A stretch of 64,000 bases of DNA from Hyphochytrium catenoides (taxonomy: Eukaryota; Protista; Hyphochytriomycota): contig FLMG01000914.1 in the NCBI GenBank assembly GCA_900088475.1, positions 21,399-85,398 of the forward strand, given 5' to 3'. The first letter of the stretch is position 1. Each line of letters starts with the position of its first letter. Both the position numbers and the translations under genes were made by a program. The notes under the pieces were generated by a model. That model was given only the letters and a program-made list of their open reading frames with translations. It was not told the origin of the DNA and did not search any database. This document shows, one piece after another, positions 39,048 through 51,341 of this stretch.

Positions 39048-40088
39048 ATGGCAACAATGGAACTGCGTAACATCCTATCACATCTCAAGCTGGCCTACCC
39101 AGCGGTCCTTACAGCGGGACCAGACCCTCATCAGACTCATTTAGCCTACAGAGTAGGCACCATCCCGGCTGTCTCCCATTTGAGAAAGAGAGCCTTCCAG
39201 GCCGTTTACGCAGAAGTCAGTGGTGCTACAAAGTATCTGGTTGCCCTATACGATGGCGTCCAGCTGTTCGTCGCAGGAGGCCTCGCGGGCGCTGTCAGCA
39301 GGACCGTTACGGCCCCTATGGACAGAGTAAAAGTTGTCCTCCAGGCTGGAGCAGCTCCAAACTCTGGAAATGGGGCTATTCGCGGGGTGGTGCGAGATAT
39401 TTATCTAGACGGCGGTTGGCGTGCATTCTTTAAAGGAAATGGCGTGAATGTGCTGAAGATTGCACCTGAGACAGCGATCAAGTTCTATACAAACAACCAT
39501 CTGACCGCACTCATCGCTTCTGATCTCTCCTCAATCTCTATCACGGAAAGGCTGGTGGCAGGCGCACTCACAGGCATCATCGCTCAGACCTCCATCTACC
39601 CGCTAGAGATCGTGAAGACAAGGCTAGCACTCTCTAAGAATGGAGAATATAGAGGAATTATGGGCTGCCTGAAGGGGACAGTGGCGAAGAACGGCGTCTC
39701 TGCTCTGTTTAGAGGCTATGTCCCATCTGTTGTGGGTATCATCCCATACGCAGGAGTAGAATTGGCGGTCTTTAACAGCTTAAAGGACTGGTACGATCGC
39801 CAGTACGGCGTCAAACCTTCGGTGCCAGCACTGCTGCTGTTTGGCTGCACGGCCAGCGTCTCTGGGCAGCTGGTGGCCTATCCTCTTAACCTTGTGCGTA
39901 CCAAGATGCAGGCGCAAGGCATGCAAGGACGGCCAGTGGAGTACAAAGGCATGACAGACTGCTTTATGAAGGTGCTGAAGGCTCACGGTGTGAGGGGACT
40001 GTACAGAGGGATCCTACCGGGCTTTGCAAAGACATTGCCAGCGATCAGTATCTCTTACACAGTCTTTGAAACTCTGAAGACGAAGTAA
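39048..40088 (+). CDS. Mitochondrial carrier, SCaMC/ATP-Mg-Pi (SLC25A23/24/25/41)-like, intronless, no EF-hands
   Basis: Three PxD/ExxK/R repeats (PMDRVK, PLEIVKTR, PLNLVRTK); AGAVSRTVTAP; GNGVNVLKIAPETAIKF; GIIPYAGVELAVF. Confidence 0.92.
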   Translation: MATMELRNILSHLKLAYPAVLTAGPDPHQTHLAYRVGTIPAVSHLRKRAFQAVYAEVSGATKYLVALYDGVQLFVAGGLAGAVSRTVTAPMDRVKVVLQAGAAPNSGNGAIRGVVRDIYLDGGWRAFFKGNGVNVLKIAPETAIKFYTNNHLTALIASDLSSISITERLVAGALTGIIAQTSIYPLEIVKTRLALSKNGEYRGIMGCLKGTVAKNGVSALFRGYVPSVVGIIPYAGVELAVFNSLKDWYDRQYGVKPSVPALLLFGCTASVSGQLVAYPLNLVRTKMQAQGMQGRPVEYKGMTDCFMKVLKAHGVRGLYRGILPGFAKTLPAISISYTVFETLKTK

Positions 40089-40364
40089 AAGAGAGGAGAG
40101 GAAAGGAAGATCCCAGCTCCAAGAGAACAGCAATGACGAAGAAGGTTAACTTTCTATTATTATTTATGCGGCGATGCCGCACAGAACTATTTATCTCCCG
40201 CACTCTGTCCGTAGAGGAAAGGGAGGACGTTAGGCACTGAGTCTTTCTATTATTATCCCCATAATATAACATGATCAGTAGGAAAAATCCTGGATGATGC
40301 CGCCGCGGTGTCCCTCTCCACCTCTTGTCAATGACCTACGCTTCTCTCTATGTCTCTCGTTCTA

Positions 40365-42455
40365 TCAGAAGAGGTTCTTGGCCTTCTTTAGGTTCTGCTG
40401 CTTCCACTTCGGAAGTTGTTGGAAGGCTTCTCTCCCCATGCCAAAGACTTGCTGAAAGTCACTTGGACTCAAAAAATCTTCACGGCGATGCTCATCAACG
40501 CTCTGAAAGAAAGGAGAAGTGAAAACTGTTAGACGTCACCAAACAAGACACAGAGAGGAAGGATAGCGAGACAGACGAGTGCAGCAATGGCAGAGAGGAG
40601 AGTAGGGTACACCAGAGACCAGAGAAAAGAATACAAGGGAGAGAGGGCACGAGAGAGAGTGTGAAGAGAGAGGAAGAGAACCACAACGGTGGCAGGAAGA
40701 CAAAGAGAGGGGATGAGAGAAAAGCTCAGATAGCTGAAAGATGAGAAATCCCGCTGACTTCTATGCAAGCAACCGTACACAAGTGGCGGAGCTGTGCTAG
40801 AGGAAGAAAGACAGACAGACTAAAGAGGGATATTGAGTGAGAGAGCTCCGTACCGGCGGATAAGGTGGAGTCGTCAGTGTCGAGTAAGGAAAGTACCGAG
40901 AAGTACTGCCCGTGGCTCTCCACTTCTCTTCAGTGGCCCCAACAGGTCCAGGAGAGGGAGGCCACCGCCGTGCAATGGAGGCTACCGAAGAGACAGAAGA
41001 TGACTGGACCGAGGCGGGAGAGCGAAGGGGAGAAGGAGCCGGGCCTCTTGTGGAGAGAGACGGTGGAGCAGGTCCATTCCCAGATGTGGGCCGGTTAGGA
41101 GAGGACAAAGGAAGAGAGCTGTTGACTGCCTGTGGCGGAGTGATTGTCACTTGAGGGCGGAGAGGAGAAGAAGGAGGACGAGGCTTTCGCCACCCTGGAC
41201 TTCGAGCAGGAGCTGGCGCTGGAGGATTGACAGCAGGAGGGGGAGGAGGAGGAGGAGGAGGAGGAGAGTCTCTTCCGCTATGGGTTGGCGGTCTAAGGGG
41301 AGGACGTGAAGAAGCTCCATTAGTACTTGCTTCTCTCCTGCGTTCTTTATCTCTCTCTCCGTTCTCTGCTGCTAACCTCTTGGATGGGGACCGAGAGAGA
41401 GGAGACGAGATGGGAGCGCTAGCGGGAGAGATTGACGCTTTCTCCGTCTCTCTCGGGGTAGACGGCCTAGACGAGGGAGTGGATGGCTGAGACTGAAAAG
41501 TCCCAGGAGGAGGTGGAGGCGGAGGCGGCCATTGCCGAAGCCCAGAAGGACGACGTTGCACCTCTTCCTCCCTGTGTTCTCTCTCTTCCTTGACAGACGG
41601 AGGAGGAGGCGGAGGAGGGCGATGAGAAGGTGAAGAGGAGGGAGAGTGAGAGGAAGGCTCCTTCGCCAGACGAGGGGAGGGAGACGGAGAGACTCTAAGA
41701 GAATGACGGGGTGTCTGGGATCTGGAGCTTGCCGCAGAGCTCGTCTGCGCGTCGCTTGAGCGCCCGGAGTTGCCAAAGAGATCAAACGCATTTTCCTCGT
41801 CTTCTTCTTCTTCTTCTTGCCCTCTCAGACTAGCTGAAGGGGCCTCAAGGAGGAGAGGAGGAGGGACAGGTCGTCTTCTCGATATTCTTGTCTCTCTCTC
41901 ACTCTTTCTCTCTTCTCTATCGTCAGAGAGAGAGAGAGAGGCGGTGGCGGTAGAGAGGGTGGACTCTGTGTATCCTGCCGACCTCGGGCCCGTCTTCTTC
42001 ACAAAGTTGCTGAGATTCTTAGCGAGAACTTTGAGAGAGAGTCTCTTCGGAGCCTCTTGGAAAGACTCTCTCTCTTCCTCCTCTGGAATATTGGATGACG
42101 GTGAGTCTTCTCGAGAGAGAGAGGAAGAGTCAGAGGTGGTGCGGTAGAACTCTTGAAGCTTCTTCAATGCTGCCTCGCGCTCAGTGGGAGAGCTTCTCCG
42201 GACGGTTGCCTGGAAAAAGAAGGAGGGAAGGAGAGAGAGAAGAGCGCGCGAGAGCGATAGAGAGCGGTGAGAGAGCGAGAGAGGAGAAGAGAGAGTTGAG
42301 AGAGAGAATATGGGAGAAAGAAAGACAGAGAGAAAAAGAGAGAAAGGCCAAAGGGACGAATTAGAGCAAGATAGATAAGTGGGAGACCGGAGAAAAGGTA
42401 GCTAACACATTGCGTTGAAGATCAAGAGATAGCACATACTACATTGTGTCTATGT

Positions 42456-42500
<45 letters not shown>

Positions 42501-43033
42501 TGGGGAGGGGAAAGAGAGAAAGAGAGAGACCGAGACAAGAGAGACGGAGAGAGAGAGGTCAAGAATTTTCTAGACTGACATAGCAGCGTGGCGGAAGAGA
42601 TAAGTCCAAACAGATAGTGTTGTCTGACCCACTCTCTCTTTTTCTCTTTCTCTTTCAGTCTCTCTCTTCTTCCGCGCGCTCTGTCTCTCCCTCTCCTCAG
42701 GCACGAGCTGTCTCTTTTCCTTACCCCTGTAGGTGCCAGAGGACGCCTATTCTGCCCGTTCAAAGGGAGGCCAAAGATGCTCCGAGGTTCCTCTCTCTCT
42801 TCTTCTCCTTGCAGAAGCTGTGGGGGAAAGTACACGCCAACCCATCGCAGCTGCTGCGCTCTGGAGGAGGAAGAGGAAGCTGTGAGGGGAGGAGAAGAGA
42901 CAGTGAGCACGGTGCAGCCTCTCTCTCTCCCGTGAGCGATGGTGAACTCAAGTTCTCCCGTCGGGAGAATGCTCCGCTTTGTTAGCTTGTCTTCTCCTCG
43001 CTCATAGTACTCAGGCTGGTAGGGCAGCGGGGC
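40365..43033 (-). CDS. Proline-rich protein with C-terminal villin headpiece domain (5' end unresolved)
   Basis: Exons ~43033-42725, ~42209-40854 and ~40503-40365 splice in phase. They give poly-Pro tracts followed by [14 protein letters not shown]|[45 protein letters not shown], a canonical headpiece ending at the stop. Confidence 0.85.
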
Positions 43034-43203
43034 CTGAAAGAGAAGAGAGAACCAGAGAGAGAGAGAGAGAAAAGAGGGAGAGAGGCGGAGAGAGAGAAAA
43101 GAGGGAGAGAGACGGAGAGAGAGAAAGGAAAGAATTGGGAGAAGAGAAAGCTTGAGATAAAGAGGCAAGCAAAGGATCCGAGATTTAAAAGAGAGAGAGA
43201 GAC

Positions 43204-43269
<66 letters not shown>

Positions 43270-43949
43270 CAAAGGAGAGAGAATGTCTGGGAAACACGCT
43301 TGTGAGCCTACCAATATAGCGCTCATCTCTCCTCTTTGTGTCCCTTCTAGCCTTCAGCCCATGTCGTTTGGGACATTCTCTCTGGATGAAACGAGAGATC
43401 GTTTCTCACTTACGCCTTGGCCCCAGATCCAAGTTACGACAGAGATGGGGAGAGAGAGAGAGGGTAGAGAGGTGGGGAGAAGAGAGAGATAGAGAGGGGG
43501 AGATAGAGAGGGAGAGAGAGAGAGAAGAAAAGTAAAGATAGTGATAGAGAGAGGAGGAAACGAGGGCGAGTGATGAAGGGTTATGAGACAGAGGTAAAGA
43601 TATCAGAGGAAGGAGAGAGAAGAGAGAGACTGAGGCAACAAGAAAAGAAGAGAAGCAATCAAGCGGGATGCCCTAAGGATCCTTTGATGATCAGGAGGAG
43701 GAGAAGAAGCTGTGTAGTGGACAACAGGAAGGCTGCCCATCATCTGATGAGGAAGTGGGAGAGGGAACCCATCAAGAGGATTCGGAAGTGCAATCGCTTC
43801 ACTTAGTTCTACTAGGAACGAGCGAGCGAGCGAGGACGAGAGAGAGGTCACAGGCGAGAGAGAGAGAGAGAGAGAGAGAAAGAAAGACAGAGAGAGAGAA
43901 AAAGAGAGAGAGAGAGAGAGNNNNNNNNNNNNNNNNNNNNNNNNNNNNN

Positions 43950-43980
<31 letters not shown>

Positions 43981-44033
43981 AAGAAAGACAAAGAGAGAGA
44001 GAGAAAGAGAGAGAGAAAAAGAGATAGAGAGAG

Positions 44034-44064
<31 letters not shown>

Positions 44065-44516
44065 GAGAGGCAGGATACGGGAAAGCAAGGGGGAGAGGGG
44101 AGAGAGAGAGAGAGCTTGTTGGTGGTGAGAGAGCGAGAGAGACTAAACAGGCACAATCTGCTTCGTAGAAGATGAGAGAGGAGGGCAAGTCACCTCAGGC
44201 CCAAACGCAGACAAGACAGAGCCACAAGAGAGATAGAGGAGGTTGAGTGGAGTTTAGGGTCATTAGACAGCGAGTAAAGGGTGCGTTAGACGGAGACAGA
44301 GAGCGACAGAGAGAGCAAGAGATGTAATACAGCAAGAGACAGATAATTTCGTAATTAGTGCATTCCTAGTCTTCCTCACCACCAGTTAGTTGCATTAAAA
44401 GTTGGGCTAGTTAGACTGTATGGGTTTGTGAGATAGATTCATCCTTAAATAGGCGCATTGAGAAGAGACAAGTATGTCGTTACTTTCTCTCCTCCTCTCT
44501 TTGCTGGTCACGCTCT

Positions 44517-44547
<31 letters not shown>

Positions 44548-44974
44548 CACGTCCCATGTGGAAGAGGATCTTATCTCTTCTCTTTCTATCTCCTCTTTTG
44601 ACCTCTCTCTCCGCGATGTTGGACGAATGCATCAGTACAAAGAAACATACTGAGTTTATTGCTATGTTACAAGGGGATAAAGAGAAGAGGGAAGGAGAAT
44701 GTGTGTCTCCACCTCTATAATAAACAGAGGGCATCAGAGGGTAGAAGGGGGAAGGAAAGAGCGGAGACAAGCAACGGAAGGCAGTAGAGAAAGAAGGGAA
44801 TAGAGGGAAAAGAAAGACGAGAAGCGAGAGAGAAAGGGAGACAGAGCAAAGTCAAGAGAATGACGAAGGTCTGCAGATTGGTGGTCACACCAGAGAGCCT
44901 CTCTAGAAAACCATCATATATCTATTCTCTCTCTTCTCTCTCTATCTCTGTGCGTTGCTTTGTCTCTCTAAGAC

Positions 44975-47900
44975 TCATACAAAGTCGCCCTCACTGTCAA
45001 TGACAAAGGCGCCGGAGGCGGTGGAGACACTCTCTCTCTGTGCGGGCTGAGGTTTAGAAGAAGAAGTGGAAGAAGAGGGAGGAGGTCGGAGAGAAGGGAA
45101 AGGCATAACCGTTGCGCTGTCTTTCCGCCTGGGAAGAGAGGAAGAAGGACTGGTCGTCTTCTCCTTCAGCACTTCGTTAATCATCGCAGCCACGTCTTCT
45201 TCTTCTTCTCCCCACTTCTTCCCAGCTTTAGAGGAAGAAGATGGCAGAGAGACTTCGAACTTTGCGGGAAAGAGACTGAGTCCTTTCTCTCCTTCTTCTA
45301 CTGGGTCCTTAGGGTCTAACTTGTCCAAGATAGCGTCGATCTCATCGTCAATGCCAATGGAGTGAGTTTCCTTGCTCGTTGTGTCTTTAGAAACGGGAGA
45401 GCGGGACTCTCCGCCTCTCTCTCTCTCTCCTCCTGCACCATTGAGCTTCTTCAAGTCATGAGCACTGGCTTTGCCCTTGATTAGGCTTTGAGGAATGTCC
45501 TCGTCCACCACATGTTGCTGGATGGAGAGAGAGTCCGAGTCGTGAGACTCTAGTGCCGAGAAACCCTGAAAAGGTTACAAGGAGAGAGAAGAAAGAGTGA
45601 GACATATAGAAGAAAGAGAGAGAGAGGGAGAACAATTGTGAGACCGGGATAGGGGTGTTATACAGGCTCAGCACAATGCTCTAAGCGACAAGAAGAGGGA
45701 AAAACAAACAAACAACAGAGCCAGGAATCGCGTGGCGCGTGGGTGGCAACAATAAAAGCGAGACAGGAAGGAAAGCTGCGAAAGAGCTTCGCAAAGAAGA
45801 GCCAGATCGAGAAGAAAGAAAGAAAGAGAATTTGGGTTTGCGTGACAGAAAAGAGAGAGCTAAGACCGAAAGAGACAGAGAGAGAACGACAGAGGACCGT
45901 ACCCCTGGCTGTCCTTCTAGTACCACTGAGTACATGACGCCGCTGTTCGAGCCATCGCCCATTTGTTCGTGCAGAGAGATGAGGTAGATCCCATAGATCG
46001 CAACTGTAAGGACAGAGAATGGGTTAGAGAGAAGCTAGAACGCCTAACGGTGCATACTAAGTCAGGGACAGGAGAGAACGGAAGAGAGAGAGACAAAGAG
46101 AGTGAAAGGTTGTCATAGCATGAGAGTGAGAAGCAAAGCAAGCGAAGCATTGTTAGAAAGGTGCCCTGCAGAGACGAGATAAAAGGTAGAATTGCTGCCG
46201 CAGAGGTCGACTGGTAGAGGCAGTGGCCCTGACGTTTAGAAACAAGAGAGAAAGAACTTTCGGTTCTCACCAGTGAGAGCGGTAGGAAAGAGAATCCACT
46301 GCATGATACTGAAGCTTCCCGCCTGCTGGAAGTACACGATCGCGTTTACATTGCTCACCTATAGGGCCGACCCCACACGGTCAGAATAGGTAAGTCGACA
46401 GGCCCACTGGAGCCTCTGTCTCTCCTCTTCTCTTTTCTTCCCTCAATTTTTAGCTATTCTTCATTCCACCCCTAACCCTTCTCTGCCTCGCCATTCTGCT
46501 CCGTCTCGTCTCCCCTGGTCGCTCTGCCCGTCCCAAGACCTTATCTATTGGAACTTACCCCGATCCAGAATGCCTGGAAGACTGGGAAGGTGGACATCGT
46601 GTCTCCGTGCATAGTGGCGAGGTTGAGAGCGTGAGTCTGGCTCAGCAGGCAGCAGACGCAACCCACGAGGAAGACGTAGGTCCCTATAAAGCGCGAGAAA
46701 TGAAGACCGTCAGCAGAACCACCATAGAAGCTGCTCAGTCGGATGAAGAGGAAGAAGTAGGCAGCTCTCGCAATCAAGGTAGAGGGAAACGACCTCTGAA
46801 AAGGTAACATCTTTTGAGTGAGAGAAGCACTGTCTTGGCGGAGGCTTACCGAAGAATTTGAACTGGTTATCGCCTCGAATGGTAGTGACGGTGAGCTCCA
46901 TCACGCATTTGGCTAGTAGGACGGACTGCGCACCGAGAGTGCCAGACAGCTGAGAGAGCAGCGAGAGAAAATGGTCACGGATTGACGCGGAAAGTCAGGC
47001 GGCGTACAGAGGAACAGAGAGAGAGAGAGAGACAGATTAGGACATTATGAGAGCGCTTTCCAGAGCAAGATCGAGGCACAATAGCCGTTCTGGAGAGTAG
47101 CTGTAGAGCTCATTTGCAATGCAGCAGGTGGTCGTAAAAAGTCCCGACATAAAGAGACAGAGCGCTAGAGAGAATGAAAGAAAGAGAGAGAAAAAAGAGG
47201 GGGAAACGCGATGAAGACCGGCAAACATCTGGAAGTCAGAGAGAAAGCAGAACTAGCAGTTCCGTACCGCGGCATAATATAGAGGTAGTCTTCTTTCTTC
47301 TTGGATCATCTCCTCAGGTCTTCCTGGTTTCAGCACGGCGAGCTTCTCTATGTGATTCCACACGTCAGCCGCAGGCGTGCCCTTCCAGAAGTTGGCTCTT
47401 TCTTCCCCACCACCTTTCTTTAACCCTCCTATCCTCTTGCGCCCGTCCTGTGTGCTTCCTCGGAGATCTACGTCTTCAAACTTCTCTGAAAGAGAGAGTG
47501 AAAGAGACAAAGAAAGAGAGAGAGAGAGAGTTAGAAAAGAAGGGGCTACAGATAGGAGACAAAGTGAAGATCGCCCCAAGCAGAGAACATGAGAGACAAA
47601 GCCAGAGATTAACGGTCGTCGAACAGAGAAGGAACGTAGTTGGCTGGCTGTACCATCAGGAGAAGAGACTTGGGCAGCTATATTTCTAGAGCTGGCCTCT
47701 AGCTCTCCCTCTCCTTTGCTTCTGTTGCCATACTCGGCAATGCGCTTGATGCGCAGCGAGAGAAGAGAGACAAATCCAATGACGATAATGAGGTAGAAGA
47801 TAAACGCAGGCTCCAGCCACAACGTCCATAGTTCAACAGAGGTAAAATGCCCCTCGGGCTGAGAGGCAGCCGCACAAAGAACAACGCCTAGGGGAAGAGA

Positions 47901-49068
47901 GAAAGAGGAAAAGTTAAGTGAGAACGGCTGAACGTATGGAGAAGGCAAAAGGATGGAAAGACGGGTAGCGAACCAGTCGATTGAAAGGGGAAAGAGAGAA
48001 AGGAGAGAAGGATTGCTCAAGCAGTACGATCAAAGTGAGAATGGACAAGGGGACTGACGACCGATAGGGTACTGCGGAGGAGATAGCTTGGGAGAGAGAA
48101 AGAAAAGAGAGAAAGAAGGAGAGAGAGAGAGACCGCAGTTGGCTTTCCGTAAATGGGAGAAAATGAGAGAGGGAGATAGGTAGCGAGAGAGGGAGCGAAG
48201 AGGGGCAAAATCCGACCGATGGTGACGAGGACAACGCCCTGTATGTCGGTCCTATATAGCGGCTGCTTGAGCCACCAGTGAGCGAAGAAAACATTCGCAA
48301 AGATAGTGGAGCCACCGCCCAACGAGGCCACGAGCGTCTGAGGTGCAAAGCTAAAAGGTCAAGAGAAGAGAGAAGAGAGAAAGAGAGCGAGAGAATGAGT
48401 CAGATGCCTATCGGCAAGCCATAAGCACAAGCCAGAGTAGAGAGCAGCAGAGAGTTACCATCCAAGATATAAAGACCTGAGGACGAGAGAAGGACAGGAG
48501 GAACGCCACCAAGGAAAGCTCACCCTAACGCCAGCAGATCTCCTACAGAGCCACCGATGACCAGGAACATTCCAAGCCACCAGAGCGGCCTACGGCACGC
48601 CAGAGAGCAAGAGTCAGCGGAATAGAAAGAGAGGGCGAGACATCAACGGAGAAACAGAGAGAGGGAGCACGTACAACCTAGAAAGAGAGAGAGACAGAGA
48701 GACCAAGAGAGACATAGAGAGAGTCAGAAGGAGGGAAGCGAGGTGGGACGCCTGAGTGCTGTGAGGAGACAGAACAGCTGACAACGAGGAAGAGAACAAT
48801 CGAAAGAGGGAGGAGGCCAAGAGATAAAGAAAGGGAGAATGAGGAGCACTCCGTCCCAAAAGGAGAAGCGAAGCCTGACTGCCTCTAAGCAGCGGCTTCC
48901 TCATTTCTCTCCTGTCTCGACTTACTGCTTATAATACACTCCTCCACCCTGCGTCTCCGCGTTCATATGACTCTTCTTCTGCACATTGACGCCCAGGTTG
49001 GACCCGATGGCGGCGGAGATCGCCAGCACCGTGCCGACCATCGTCCTGAAGGCGTCATTGTTATCCAT
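44975..49068 (-). CDS. NIPA-family (DMT superfamily) magnesium transporter-like membrane protein, multi-exon
   Basis: MDNN..GTVLAISAAIGSNLGVNVQKKSH; PLWWLGMFLVIGGSVGDLLALG; FAPQTLVASLGG; FAHWWLKQ; LSGTLGAQSVLLAK; QTHALNLA..PVFQAFWI; AIVYFQQ; disordered C-terminal tail. Confidence 0.9.
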
Positions 49069-51341
49069 TTGAAGGCCGCACCACCAGCTCCGTCACAAGA
49101 GCGACAGCAGCGCCCCGTAGAGCTTGATAAAGGAGAAATCTCTCTCTCTTTCAGCTAAGCAGCGCCTTCTGCTCGATACATCGGCCAGACGGAGATGGAA
49201 ATAGAGATTTTATCGGAGTGAAGAGAGAGGGAGACGCGCGGCGATCTGCAAAAAGAAGAGAGTCAGGGCAACGGAGGAATGAGAAGTCTTTCATGGAAGG
49301 TGCTGCTATTATAATAGTTTCATGAGGCCGGAAGAGGGAAGTGCAGATGGGATGACCAACCCACTAATCCCGTCAACTGTCCCTCTTCTTTCCTCTCTTT
49401 CTTTCTCTCCCTCTCTCTCTCTCTCTCCCCCTCTCTCCCCCTCTCTCTATCCTTTTCTNNNNNTCTCTCTCTTCCTCTCTCTCTCTCTCTCTCTCTCTTT
49501 TTCTCTCTCTCTCTCTCACTCTTTCTCTCTCTCTTTCTCTCTCTCTTTCTCCCCATCCTCTCCAGCCCACACGCCCAGCCCAGCCATTGCCGCGGGTCAT
49601 TTGGCTAAAAATAAATGGTACCTTTAGATATGCCGCCATACTTCAGATCTAAGCTGTAACCCTCACATAATCACCTCATATAACGCCGATAGGAATGCTC
49701 ATCACTTGTCGTAAGTCATTCTGTTTGGTCCTCCATCTCTCTCGATAGATCTCTGTCTCTCTGATTCTGGGTTGAAACCATAGAAGAATAGCGATGTATT
49801 GATGATAGACGTGTATCTCACTGTCGCTCTGTCTCGCACCTCTTAGCGTTGTGATTCTTATTCCAGAGTCCAATATTCCCAATGTACGGATCCAACACTT
49901 CTGTCCACAAGAAGGGGTTACATCGTTAATCTTTGATAACCTATATGGAATCGGAGTTAGGATAACCAGACATTGATGACGAGAGATGGTGTTAGACAGA
50001 GTGGTGAATAATGACGGACTTTACGTGTAGAGACAGCATGGACTTGGCTTGAGAATCTCTTCCAGGATCTGAAAGAGCTCAAACATTGCAATCATAAGAT
50101 CTGAAAGAGTTCTGGAAAGAGTTTGCCATCCCTTAGCAGCCGGAGACTGATAACATACTGGCGACGCACGCTGTTAAAGAGAATCGCAGCTACCTAAGAG
50201 AGAGAGACCTAGTACCTCACGCGTTGCCAGTAACCAATAGAAGGCAGATAACAGCCTGCCTCCCTTACTGTAGTGTGGGTTCATGGCTGTAGAAGAGGAA
50301 GAAGACGTCTGCTGGACTATGTCTCCTCCTTTGTCTCCGTCTGGTTACTTTCAGCTGTGTGCGTTGTCTCACCCTTTGGCGGCGTCGAGTGCAGGTAGTG
50401 TGGCTAGGATATAGTCACCGTGTTCGTTATTGTCTAGAATATTGAGGCTCTGAAACTGGTTTACTACTGAGAAAGCACTCATCCCGCTTAAGTGGTCGCT
50501 AACCGGTAGATGTACCCTTATCTGGACCCTCGGTGGACTAACTCTAAGAACTGCACTAGAGCAACGCCTACTTGAAAGGACACATCTTACTTCTTCCTCC
50601 TTGTTGGCCCCACGAATAACAAGAGCCATCACCACACACTAGTCTCCAGGAGTGTGGACAGTTATTATTGCATGTCTACTAGCCAACAAGAGAAAAGAAG
50701 CACATCCTTACACAGGAGGAAGACACTGAGCCACAAGCGCTTACGTACCTTTGATGATAAGGAAAAATGCATCACCAACCACCATACCGGCCACAACCAG
50801 ATGGTCATCGTAGTTGAGGCGCAAGCCACAATAAGCTGCAGCTTTGCAGGTTGAATTGTTAGTGAGCGAGGAGAGCCATCGTCAGGGATTTCATCCAGAA
50901 GTGAAGATCGGGTGCCGGTACAATTTTTAAAGAGGGTTGACGGCTGCAAAATTCACTCTGACGGACCCGTCTTAGCTGCCTCAGCCTCCTGCTTGTTGTC
51001 ATCATGCACTAGACCCCGCGGCCATCGTACGGACGTCAACACTACTACTACCTTCTTACAATCAATAACCAAGAAAGCGGCAGCAGAAGATAATAGCGAG
51101 CATCATGAGCCCCTTCTCCCCCAGGCTTCATTTTCTTCCTGTCATGGTAGAATTGGATCCATCGTCAAAGGAGTTAAGAAGGGTACGCTTCGTAGCAGAG
51201 CCATTCATTCAAACGGTAGTTACTTCTAATAGTTCTTGTTCGCCGTAGGAGGTTTTGAAGGGCAGTATCAAGGCTATCTATATACATTATCTTATTAGAG
51301 TTTGACATCATCGTAGGGAGGAGGAGGTTATGGGCTATCTT

